DNA of 64,000 nucleotides from Mobula birostris (taxonomy: Eukaryota), in the NCBI RefSeq assembly GCF_030028105.1, contig NC_092398.1:28552424-28616423 (forward strand), written 5' to 3'. This document shows, one piece after another, positions 23,899 to 36,196 of the stretch (position 1 is its first letter; each line of letters opens with the position of its first letter). A model generated the notes under the pieces. The model saw only the letters and a program-made list of their open reading frames with translations. It made no database searches and was not told the origin of the DNA. Made by a program: the position numbers and the translations under genes.

Positions 23899-26408
23899 AA
23901 TGAGAGCCACAAGATAACAGACAGTACAGAGTATACTTTATATAGACTGTGTATTTATCATATCATTCCTGCTTTTACTATATGTTAGTGTTATTTATTT
24001 TTGATTTTATGTGTTATTTGGTATGATTTGGTAGGTTATTTTTTGGGTCTGGGAACACTCAAAAGTTTTTCCCATATAAATTAATGGTAATTGCTTCTTC
24101 ACTTCACACCATTTTGGCACAGAAGGTTTCATAGGAACGCTCTACCTTAGCGGGGGAAATACGGGACAAGGGCGGTCCCATATGGGACAAACCAATTTAG
24201 CCCAATATACGAGATGTCCCGGTAAATACGGGATGGTATTTGACCCTATGTTCAGGTTCAACAGTGCGTGACAGGGAATGAGGAAAGGTGCAGCTGACTC
24301 ATATCGTTTCCTCATGGCCTGGTAGCACATGCTTTGTGGCCCGGTACTGGTCCGTGGCCCGGTGGTTGGGGACCGCTGCTATAGCCCATCCACTTCAAGG
24401 TTCAACATGTTGTGCGTTCAGAGATGCTCCTCTGCACACCACTGTTGTTACATGTGGTTATTTGAGTTACTGTTGCCTTCCTGTCAGCTTGAACCAGTCT
24501 GACCATTCTCCTCTGCCCTCTCTCACTAACAAGGCATCTTCACCAACAGAACTGCCGCTCTCTGGATGTTTTTTGTTTTTCACACCAATCTCTGTAGACC
24601 GTTGAACATGAAAATCCCAAGAGACCCAGCAGTTTCTGAGGTACTCAAGCCACCCCGTCTGGCACCAACAATCATTCCACGGTCAAAGTCACTTAAAGCA
24701 TTAACAGAATGCAGAATAAAGTGTTACAGTCACAAGGACACTGCCGAGCAGGGAAACAATAAGGTGCAAAGCCACAATGAGGTAGATTGTGAGGTCAAGA
24801 GTCCATCTTATCATACTAGGGATCTGGTCATTAGTCTTAGCGCAATGGGATAGAGTACCTGATGGGAGGGGAAGATTATGTTGGCTACTTCACCAAGGCA
24901 GTTTGAGTATCAAGTCTTCTGCCATTGGGGAGGAGCTGCAGGAGCTGAGGATATAAATGAATACCTCCAGATGTCACAGAGATACGATGAGTGGAAAACT
25001 TGCATTTAAAACAGAAAATTGTTGGGATTTTCATGGAAATAAAACTCACCGAACGTTCCCGAGATGTCGGAGTCCAGCTTTGCATTCTGTGAAGGAAGAA
25101 CGAATGAGATTAAATATTGAGATTACTGTGATTTAAAAAAAACATGAAGCATTTCACAATGTGTTTGGTGGAGAAGATGCTGAACAAGGATTCTCAGGTG
25201 CGGAGTGCCGATTAAAAGTTCACGGTCAAGGGAGGAATGTTGTCCAAGTTCCCTAGCAGATTCTGTTGTTACTCACAATGCTTTCAGGAATTTGGTTTCA
25301 AGCTGGTTTTTCATGTGAAAGATGATATCGGGAACCATAGAAAGCTCTCTCTCTTGAGAGAAAGTCTGTCAATTTAGTCCACATTCCATCAGTCTCAATC
25401 ACATTCCATCAGTTTCATCCATATTCCAGCAGTCTAATCGAAATTCTCTTAGCCTACTTCATGTTCTATCAATCTCGTCTAGTCTGCATATAGTCAGTCT
25501 GATCTAAATTCCATTAGCCTGGTCCACACTTCATGAGAATCAGATGAATCAGGTTTGTTATCACCGGCATGTGACGTGAAATTTGTTAACTTAGCAGCAG
25601 CAGTTTAATACAATACATAATCCAGCAGCGAGGGAGAAAAAATAATAATAAATAAAAATAAAACATAACAAACAAACAAGTATATCAATTATGTATATTG
25701 AATAGATTATTTAAAAAATGTGAAAAAACAGAAATACTGTGTATTAAAAAAAAGTGAGGTAGTGTCCAAAGCTTCAATGTCAATCTAGGAATTGGATGGC
25801 AGAGGGGAAGAAGCTGTTCCTGAATCACTGAGTGTGTGCCTTCAGGCTTCTGTCTCTCCTACCTGATAGTAACAGTGAGAAAAGCACATGCTCTGGGTGC
25901 TGGAGGTCTTTAATAATGGACGCTGCCTTTCTGAGACACAGCTTCCTAAAGATGTCCTGGATACCTTGTAGGCTAGTGCCCAAGATGGAGCTGACTAGAT
26001 TTACAACCTTCTGTAGCTTCTTTCAGTCCTGTGCAGTAGCCCCTCCATACCAGACAGTGATGCAGCCTGACAGAATGCTTTCTCTGGTACAACTGTAGAA
26101 GTTCTTGAGTGTATTTGTTGACATGCCAAATCACTTCAAACTCCAAATTCTATCAGTCTGGTCCACGTACCATCAAGCTAGAATATGTTCCATCAATCAG
26201 TCACCACTGATTAACAGAAACCCTTTCTCCAGTCCTGCCGAAGGGTTTCGGCCCGAAATGTCAACTGTACTTTTTTCCACAGATGCTGCCTGGCCTGCTG
26301 AGTTCCTCCAGCATTTCGTATGGGTTGCTCGTATTTCTAGCATCTGCAGATTTTCTCTTGTTTGTGATTCAATAACTTGCAGTCTTCTGCTCTCCAATTT
26401 CTTCACAG

Positions 26409-26678
26409 CTCCTACCCATACCAGAGCCTTCATGCAGAAGAAACGGGGTCAAATGTACCTGGTGTGCACGGCCAGGAACTTCTTCCCCCGGGACATTAAA
26501 GTGCGGTGGGTCAGAAACGGGGAAGTCACTGACAATGGATCAGACACGACCAACGTTGTCCCTCAAAGCAATGGAGCCTTTCAAGTTAGGAGCGTCCGCC
26601 CCCTGGATGGAGACAGCTGGGGGTACGTCTGTCAGGTGGAACACGAGGCAGTCGATGGGAAGTTGCAGATACCTCTTG
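26409..26678 (+). CDS. Candidate WB exon 3: C1-set Ig domain (beta2, class I alpha3-like)
   Basis: tttcttcacag acceptor, G|gtaaga donor, 270 nt, phase 1/1. LVCTARNFFPRDIKVRW...VVPQSNGAFQVRS...YVCQVEH are MHC C1-set motifs. Confidence 0.95.
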
Positions 26679-28044
26679 GTAAGAACAGCGAGTTGGGGAA
26701 ATGTCGTCTGATGCGATAAAAAACATTGATATCTACTTGATGACACAGAATCCCTCATCGTCCCTTTCTGTCCCCAAGTAAGTCCCAATAGCTTGAGACC
26801 TCTCTCATTGTCTATGCTGCTGGCGATTATTATAGTCAAGTCATACAGCTGAATACAAGGCCATTTAGCCCAACACATCCATACTAACTAACAATCACCC
26901 GTCCACACCGACTCTCCTCACTGAGGCTCATTGCCTTTTGTGGCGGAGGGTCTTGTGAGATCCTGAGATTCTGAGAGCGAGATGCCGGTGGGAGCTTGGC
27001 TCCTGGTAGGGTCACCCATTGTGGTGAAGGTGGGGGGAGATTCCAGATAAATGGCAGATGGAGTTTAACCCAGCTCGATGTGAGGTATTGCATCTTGGTA
27101 GGGCAAATGTAAAGTGACAGTACACCGTGTTGCTGAGCAGAGAGATCTTGGGATTCAAGTTCATAGGACTTTGAAAGTGACTACACAGGTGGTTAGGAAG
27201 GCTTATGGAATGCTTGCTTTTATTAGTCAAGACATTGAGTTCAAAGGTCAAGAGGTTATGTTGCATAAACTCTGGTTAGGCCACATCTGGACTACCGCAT
27301 ACAGATCTAATCATCAGGAAAGATGTTGAGGCTTTGGAGAGGGTGCAGAAGAGGTTTACCAAGATGCTGCCTGGTTTAGAGAGCATGTGCTATCATGGAA
27401 AGCTGGGCAAACTTGGGTTGTTTTCTCTGGAGTGGCAGAGGCTGAGGGGAGATCTGAGAGAGGTTTACAAGATTATGAGCAGCAGAGATGGAGTGGACAA
27501 GGGGGTGAGTACCTGTTTTCCAGGGTTGAAATGTCTAATTCCAGAGGGCATGCATTGTAGGTGAGAGGGGCTAGGTTCAAGGGGGATATGAGGGGTAGTG
27601 TTTTACTCAGAGTTGTGGACGCCTGGAATGCGCTGCCTGGTATGGGGGTAGAGACAAATACATTAGAGGCTTTTAAGAGATGTTTGGATAGGCACATGGA
27701 TGTAATGGAGATAGAAGGATATGGACATGGTATAGGTCAGAGGGATTAGTGTTTGATGTAATTTTTAGTTGGTTCAGCACAACATTGTGGGCCAAAGGGC
27801 CTGTTACTGTACTGTCCTATGTTCTAAAGAGCGTTTCAACTGAGATCTGAGTGGTGGAGCTGGCAGAAGATGATAACACATGGCAGCAGCAATGAAGGCA
27901 GGGGAAGGCTGCAGTGGTGAAGGATCCCCAGTCGTTTTGCATTCCAGGCCACGGGACCCTGACCCCGATCTGCCAAGGACCATGTGGTGGCTGCCAGTGC
28001 ATCAGCCTCCCCACACAGAGCCACTCCTAGATGATCTCCTTTAG

Positions 28045-29262
28045 ACCATAAGACAAAGGAGCAGAAGTCGGCTACTCGGCCCATCGAGTCTGCTCCGCCA
28101 TTTTATCATGAGCTGATCTATTCTCCTATTTAGTTCCACTCCCCCGCCTTCTCACTATAACCTTTGATGCCCTGGCTACTCAGATACCTATCAATCTCTG
28201 CCTTAAATACACCCAATGACTTGGCCTCCACTGCTGCCCGTGGCAACAAATTCCATAGATTCACCACCCTCTGACTAAAAAAATTTCTTTGCATTTCTGT
28301 TCTGAATGGGTGCCCTTCAATCCTTAAGTCATGCCCTCTCGTACTAGACTCCCCCATCATGGGAAACAACTTTACCACAACCACACTGTCCATGCCTTTT
28401 AACATTGGATATGTTTCTATGAGGTCTCCCCTCATTCTTCGAAACTCCAAGGAATACAGTCCAAGAGCAGACAAATGTTCCTCACATGTTAACCCTCTCA
28501 TTCCCGGAATCATTCTAGTGAATCTTCTCTGTACCCTCTCCAACGTCAGCACGTCCTTTCTTAAATAAGGAGACCAAAAATGCCCACAGTACTCCAAGTG
28601 AGGTCTCACCAGCGCCTTATAGAGCCTCAACATCACATCCCTGCTCCTATACTCTATTCCTCTAGAAATGAATGCTAACATTGCATTCGCCTTCTTCACT
28701 ACTGACTCAACCTGGAGATTAACCTTAGGGGTATCCTGCACGAGGACTCCCAGGTCCCGTTGCATCTCAGAACTTTGAATTCTCTCCCCATTTAAATAAT
28801 AGTCTGCCTGTTTATTTTTTCTGCCGAAGTGCATAACCATACACTTTCCAACATTGTACTTCATTTGCCACTTCTCTGCCCATTCTTCCAATCTATCCAA
28901 GTCTCTCTGCAGACTCTCCGTTTCCTCAGCACTACCGGCCCCTCCACTTATCTTCATATCATCAGCAAACTTAGCTACAAAGCCATCTATTCCATAATCC
29001 AAATCGTTGATGTACAATGTAAAAAGAAGCGGCCCCAACACGGACCCCTGTGGAACACCACTGGTAACCGGCAGCCAAACAGAATAGGATCCCTTTATTC
29101 CCATCCTCTGTTTCCTGCCAATCAGCCAACGCTCTATCCACGTATGTAACCTTCCCGTAATTCCATGGGCTCTTATCTTGTTAAGTAGCCTCATATGTGG
29201 CACCTTGTCAAAGGCCTTCTGAAAATCCAAATAGACAACATCCACTGCATCTCCCTTGTCTA
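28045..29262 (-). mobile_element. CR1 LINE 3' portion with an open 371-aa RT C-terminal reading frame
   Basis: [24 protein letters not shown] and KFADD motifs with no stops, suggesting a relatively young copy. Confidence 0.92.
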
Positions 29263-30737
29263 GCCTACTGGTAGAGAGAATAACTTTAAGAGAACAACCA
29301 CTTGAGGGAACATCTTACTTGACTCGAGTGATTACCCTTCTACCAATTCTCTTTACAGGGATTTGGATCGTAGCCTCCTATGTCTTGGCAACTCAGATGC
29401 AATCGGTACAATGTTATCGTCACTTGAATGAGCCAATCTCTCCTGCCTTGTGAAAAACACACGAGGGAAATTAAATTTTACAACAGTCTCATTGGAGACT
29501 GGATAATTTACCCATCCCCAAGTGGAAATGGACAATACTCCTGCTCTCCCCTCTCTAACTCAAACACGTCTACCACATCAACCATCTTGTCAGCAGAATA
29601 AGAACCTAGAACCTAGTGGGACTAGGTGAGAGTAAGAGTTCGGCACGGACTAGAAGGGCCGAGATGGCCTGTTTCCATGCTGTAATTGTTATATGGTTAA
29701 AATCAATCCAACCCTTCCCTTTCACAGAGCCCTCCATTTTTCTATCATCTATGTACCGATTTAAGACTCCTAAATGCTCCTAATGTATCTGCCTCTACTA
29801 CCACCCCATGCACAAACACTCTCTGTGTAAAAAGTCTCACCTCTGACACCCCTCTATACTTTTCTCCAATCACCTTCAAGTTGTGCCTCCTCATAGTAGC
29901 CAGTTCCACCTTGGCTACTCGATCTAGGCCTCTTATCACCATATACGCCTCTACACCTCTTCTCCTCCTTTGCTCCAAAGAGAAAACCCTGAGATTGCTC
30001 AGCCTATCCTCACAAGGTATGCTCTCTAATCTGGGCAGCATCCTGGTAAATCTCCTCTGCACCCTCTCTAAAGCTTCCACACCCCTTCAGTGTTCAGTGA
30101 CTGGAACCGAACACAATACTCCAAAATTAAGATTATTGTGCATCATATTGAACTGAGTCACAGTGTAATCCGCTTGTCTGTGCAATTGTTTGCATCTCCC
30201 TATGGTTCAACACCAAACTGCGCTAAGACAGATTAACAGAGTTTTATTGTACATACAGACACACCTAGGATGGTGGGGTGGATGTATGTCTCTGCCAAAG
30301 GAGGTGTGAGGCAGTCCTTCCCTCTGCTAGTCTGCAGGTCACCTTTGGGCAAATGTAGCATCTGCTTAGCCCCCGATCAGGGTCACGTGAAACCATGGGA
30401 GCAGGTGGTGGATGGTTGTATGAAAAGCCAGTGCAGATCACAAGCCCTGGTTATGCGACCACTGACACCAGGCAGACAATCTCTGAAGAGTACTGATAAT
30501 GGCTGGGGTCACTCGTCTTGTAAAGACAATAACAAACCGCTTCTGTAGAAATATTTGCCAAGAGCGATCGTGGTCACGAAAGGGCCATGATCGCCCACGT
30601 CATACGACACGGCACGTAACGAACAGACAGTCCCATCAGAATTATTTTGGCATTAGACGATACATTGGGGAACAGTGCTGCTAGATTTTCAGAAAAATTA
30701 CCCAGACATCGCAAAATCTCCAACGTTTTCTCCTCAG

Positions 30738-30851
30738 AACACAACGCACTGGTTGAGAATGAAGATTTGATCATTGTTGGAGTTGTTCTGGGGGCACTCG
30801 GGCTGTGCGCAATGGTGGTGACTGGAAGCTTGTACTGCTGCTCCTCAGAGG
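30738..30851 (+). CDS. Candidate WB exon 4: connecting peptide and transmembrane segment
   Basis: ttttctcctcag acceptor, G|gtaagt donor, 114 nt, phase 1/1. EHNALVENEDLIIVGVVLGALGLCAMVVTGSLYCCSSE. Confidence 0.9.
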
Positions 30852-31930
30852 GTAAGTGGCTGCGAGACTTACAGAGAGGCTCAGGGAACAGTCACCGGAC
30901 TGGTTTCTGCTAAAGTGCTTCAAGAAAGGATCAAACTTCTCTTTGATGAACCACTGGGGAGCCACTCCCATGGAGCACCTTCTCTGGGTCCATCACCAGA
31001 GGCAGGGTTTCCCAGTGGCCACCCATTTCAATCCCACTTCCCATTCGCACTCCCTCCCATCTAGAGCGGAGAGCTGACCAGCTGCGTCACGGCCTGGCGT
31101 GGAAACCCCAGTGCCCAGGAATGGAAAGGCCGACAGAACGAGGAGGATACAGCCCAGTGGTTCCTTAAGGTTGCCATAGCCGGGGTGGGCCAAGGTGGGG
31201 ATGAGCTCCCACTACCCATTAAGTGGCCTCAGTCATGGCGGAGACTAGGCCAGAAGCCACAGTGTCACCTGTTAGCAGCTGCCCAGGGGGAGTGTCCATG
31301 ATGGGGTGTCTATGCTTGAGTCAGGGCTGCCATTCCCCCCCCCTCCTCCCCCTTTCTCCACCCCTCCTGCACATCCCCAGTGATTTTTGGATAGAAGACA
31401 AGCCATACTGTACTCGACTGCAGACTGCTGCAATGTTCATGGACCCAGGGGCTTGGACTACCCTTTTTGGGTGATTGTATTTTACTGCTATCTTACAGTA
31501 CTGTGAAAAAGCCCTCGGCACATATAGGTGCGGAAGACGTTTGCACGGTGCGGTATTTGTCAATGTGGAGTGGACAGCGAGTTTGTAAATCTGGCGGGAG
31601 CAAAGGATGTTGGGAGTGGTGAGGGTGGCGTGTGGGACAGGTGGCAGAGAAGGAGTTGCCAGGGGAAAGAGAGGGGTGGCATGGATGCAGACACACCCAG
31701 CCCTGAGACACCAGGCAAGGTCATTTGATTCTAAACAATTGGTTTATTGATCATTACAGAATGACTCTCCTGTGCTTCCCGCTCCCTTCCCTCTCCCTTC
31801 CTCTTTCCCCAACCATGATTCCCCTCTCCCCGTCCCCTTCCCACTCTCACTCCACAATAGAGATCCACATCAGAATTATGAAATCATGTCATGAAATTAC
31901 ATTTTTTTGCAGCAATATATAAAACTACTA

Positions 31931-34076
31931 CAGTACTGTGCCAAATGTCTTAGGCACTCTAGCGATATATATGAGTGATTCTTCAATTAGCGGCCCTTTT
32001 GACTACTTGAAATTCTGAAAAATGAAATTTCTGGAAACTCTGTTTGCTTTATAATATAAACTTTATTTTAGGCTCTGGAATGAAGACCTGACCTTGGCAT
32101 TGATCAACCTTTAAGAGAACTTTTCTATTTTAAGGGTTTTTTGCAGAGTTTTCATGCATGCGTGTCATTAGCATCACACCCTCAAAATTCAAAACAAAAT
32201 GACAAACAGATTTCAAAGTCAATCCTGCACCTAAAAAACATGCTCTTTAATAAGTTTGTTTTAATTAATTGCTCAGTACATTCGGTATATACTTTTGAGA
32301 TATATTTTCCTAAGCGGGTCAATATTTTCCTTGACTGAACAACGAAATATTTGCTCACTAATTAGACTTTTGGAATTATAACAGAATGCTGACTTTGGCA
32401 TCAATGCACTTGACTGCAGCAAATAACTTCAGTTACTAAACAAAACTTTATTTCCATATCAAAATACGTTTTGTGATGGTAATGACAAAATACTTTTGAC
32501 ATTGATAAAGAATGGTTTTAGTTTAACATTATCTCTGACAAAACATCTGTCCAACGGGAATAAACAACACATAATTAAAACGACATCTGTACAGTCTGCA
32601 CTATTTAACAAAATTACATAAGAGATCAGTTTCTAAGGCAGACAGCTAGAGAAATTTGTTAAAAACACCCACATGAAAAATGAGCATAGGCAGTCCAGCT
32701 AATCTAGGAATTGTTAGGTGTTGTTTAAAAAAAAAACACAATAATACTTACAAAGCATCTGCTGAACTCTCCCCAACTCTGGAATAAGCAACAATTTGAG
32801 CTTCAAACAGATTATACAGATCATTATTTTTCAACAGGCCATATGAGAGAGCACTTTTTTTTAACATTGACAAAACATTTACTCAACCCTCTACGCACTC
32901 CTTTTTATCAATAAGACTTATGAAACATTCACAGAAATCTCAACAACTCTGAAAAAAACAACACTTGGAATTTAAAGGATCTTCTTATAGTCTCCATTAG
33001 TGCATAGGTGAAGCCTCAGGAAGACGGAGGTCATTTTGTTCTTGTTGCTGGCCTGCTGGAGATTTTGGCGGGGTATTCCCTGCTACAAAACTTTGTATTG
33101 CCTGTCTTTTCTCATCAGCAGCCCTTTTGAATCTTTGATTAACTCTCCACTGTCATCTCTTCAGTCTCTGCTTTGGTAATTGTGAGATGATCTTAAGTTT
33201 TGCTGTCTCCCTTTTTTTTGTACCTCTCTCCTTCTCTTTCAAGGCACTGCTGATATACCACTAGATCTTTAATTGTCTCTGTATTATTTTTTGATTGCTC
33301 TGCTGATGATTTTGAGGCCATCTTGAAAACTTCACCGCCAGTTGCGTGATGGTAATGACGGTTCTCACTTTCTAAAGAAAACGTTGACTGAGTCTCACAC
33401 TTGCTAACTCGGCTGGATAGATAGCTTGTAAACATAATTTAAATATGCAGAAATAAATGAAGCTTTTATTTCCCAGTTAAAACATTGAAATAGTAACTTG
33501 CTTGGTAATTACACATAATAAAAATACACTCAGATCAGGAGGTATAAATCTTTAAATTACTCATATTTCTGAACATCAAAATGTCTGACTTCTGCCATGA
33601 CCGTCACTTCTCATTTCCATGGCAGTTGTTTGAAAAAACTTGACTGGTCTCTAAAATGTATTGCGTGTTGGTAATGACAGAAGTGTTGGGGACAGTGGTC
33701 CTTTGTCATAAAAAATGTACAAATTGTATAAAAAATTAACCCACATGAATTTGACATCTGTTTTCAAAGTTCTGGTGAGAAAATACAAACTAAAAGTTTC
33801 ATGAATTTAATACTTATTATTACTTTATTTTGAAGACAAGGTTACAAAGTCTGGTAGGGGACATGTCCAAAATAGTGAAGTTCTGGCACATTCAAGTTTT
33901 TAAAAATTAAGAAAATATTGTTTATGAAGCATACTGAAAAAGTTTAGAATTACCGTCACCTAACTTTTAAAACCACAGCACTTTAACTATTTTTTTCTTG
34001 AAAATCTACCCCAGGGACAGAAAAGTTACTCTAATTAAGGAATCACCCACATACCTAAAACTTTTGCACAGTACTG
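31931..34076. mobile_element. Tc1/mariner-type MITE (TA-flanked) hosting a nested insertion
   Basis: TA|CAGTACTGTGCCAAATGTCTTAGG ... CCTAAAACTTTTGCACAGTACTG|TA. Confidence 0.8.
31973..34048. mobile_element. Nested DNA transposon with GRG-starting TIRs (Sola-like, non-autonomous)
   Basis: Imperfect TIR GAGTGATTCTTCAATTAG / CTAATTAAGGAATCACCC and a 4-bp flank ATAT / ACAT. The Sola assignment is inferred from terminus and TSD length only. Confidence 0.55.
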
Positions 34077-36166
34077 TATATGTGCTATATGTACCTTAGG
34101 CTGCGTATGACTGTTGGTGCTATGTTTTGCACCTTGGATCCAGGGTAACGCTGTTTTGTCTGGCTGTATTCACGTATGGTTGAATGACAATTCAACTTGC
34201 ACTTGAAATACGCCCAGTGGTGTGTGTCTGAAGTAGCCTCTGACATTCAGCTCCAGCTCCCGGCCTTCCTGTGTGGCTTAGCTACTAAGCCTAGTGGAAC
34301 CATTTTTACTGACAGGAGAAGGGGCAAAGGCGGGTTGTTGGCACCTGAAAACTGGTTGCTCTAGGCTTGTCAGCCATGGCTGGTAGCTCACCTAGGAGAA
34401 GGAAAACTCTGATCTTAAACCTCTGCTGTACCCACTCACCAGGAAGGAAGGCTTTGGGAGTAAACTCCCGAGGAAAAATCTGGAGCTGGATTCATCACGG
34501 CAGTCCTATGTTGAGTTCAATAATGACTGTGATATCACTGGTGCCCAAACATATCGGTCTCTACTGTTCCTTTGGATTCATCTGCTGCATGAGAGGGGAA
34601 GAGAGCCTACTGCACAGGCAACAACTTGCTCTCCATATTGTACTGCCCTGGGCTGTCCATCTAGGACACAAAGTCAATGGTCGATCCCAAACAAACGAGG
34701 GCCTCCCAAAGCCCAGTCCATCGCAGGATAAGCCCTCCTCAGCATTGAACACATTTACAAGGAGTGCTAGCACAAATAAGCAGCATCCATTATCAAGGAT
34801 CCCCACCATCCAGGCCATGTTCTCTTCTCGCTGCTGATATTGGGAATGAGCCTCAGGACCCACACCACCAGGTTCAGGGTCAGTTATTACCCCTCAGCCA
34901 TCAGGCTCCCGAACCAGTGTGGAAAATTTCATTCACCTCAGCGCTGAACTGATCACTGAACACGGATCTGTGGACTCACGCTCAAGGAGTCTACAGCTCA
35001 TGTTCTCAGTATTACTTATTTGTTTGTTGTGTGGCCCTGATTCTTTAATGCTATTGTGTGGTGCCTTTGGGATGAAACCATTTGTAGTGTGAACATTATC
35101 GGGACATGATGGAGTGGTGACAATGATTCCATGAGCCAACTGGCCTAATTCTGCTCCTATACCTTATGGTATAACTTCTCCACACAGAAAGGGTGGTGGC
35201 TATACGAAACGAGCTGCCAGGTGGTGCTGTAGAGGTGGGTACATTTGCAATGTCTAAAATGCATGGACAGGAAAGGTTTGGATCAACGTTGGCCAAACAC
35301 AGGCAAGTGGGACGAGCTTACATAGACAATTGGTTGGCATGGATGAGTTAGGCCAAAGGACCTGTTTCTATGGGATATAAATCTACGACTCGATCGATGT
35401 ATGGTTTATTTTTTTTTAGATGTAGAGATACAACATGGTAACAGGCCCGTGCTGCCCAAATGCACCAAGTGACCAATTAACCTGCTAACCTGTATCTGTT
35501 TGGGTTTTGGGAGGAAACCGAGTACCTGGAGGAAACCATGTGGTCACGGGGAGAAGGTACAAACTTCTTGCAGACAGTGGCGGGAATTGAACCCGGGTCA
35601 CTGGCGCTGTAATGGCATTACATTAACCATTATACCACTATGCCACTCCAGTGTAGCAAAGAGCTTCGTATTTTCAGTGCTAAAGGTAGGAAAATCTTTA
35701 AAAAAGCAATAATTTAGATGAAAGAAATTGACATTTTTGGTTGACGTATTGAACATAGAACAATGCAGGCCCTTACAGAAGTGATCGAAACAAGAGATAT
35801 CCAGACAGAGTGCAAAGTGGGAGGGTGTTCCCATTGTCAGCGGGGTTAAAGTTCAGAGGTCACATGGATACAACATAAGGAGAAGAGAATTCAGGAGAAA
35901 TTTTTCCGCATGGTGCGGTCAGAATCTCGAAGGCTCTGTCAGCAGGTGCGGTGGAGGTGAGCACCACTGTGGCTTTGGAGGGTGAATTGGCTAAGGACAT
36001 GTTAGAAAAATGTGCCGTGGGGAGATGGGGTGGAGATGGGGAAGTTCTCTGGCAGAGAGCGGTCAAAGACACGATGGGATGGCAAGCCCTGTTTTTCTGC
36101 TGGAACTACTCTGATTTTTCTTTTCAGGCTTGTTGTCAACCATCTGATCTCTTGTTTCTCCCACAG

Positions 36167-36196
36167 GGGCAAAAGTGCTGAACTCTCAGCAGACAG
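36167..36196 (+). CDS. Candidate WB exon 5: 30-nt cytoplasmic mini-exon (GAKVLNSQQT)
   Basis: Strong acceptor tctcttgtttctcccacag and donor CAG|gtgaga; symmetric phase 1, preserves the frame. Confidence 0.65.

Noticed and set aside
35678-35685. 8-nt micro-exon (ttttcag|tgctaaag|gtagga) in intron 4
   Set aside because: It would shift the frame, and such short AG/GT pairs arise by chance.
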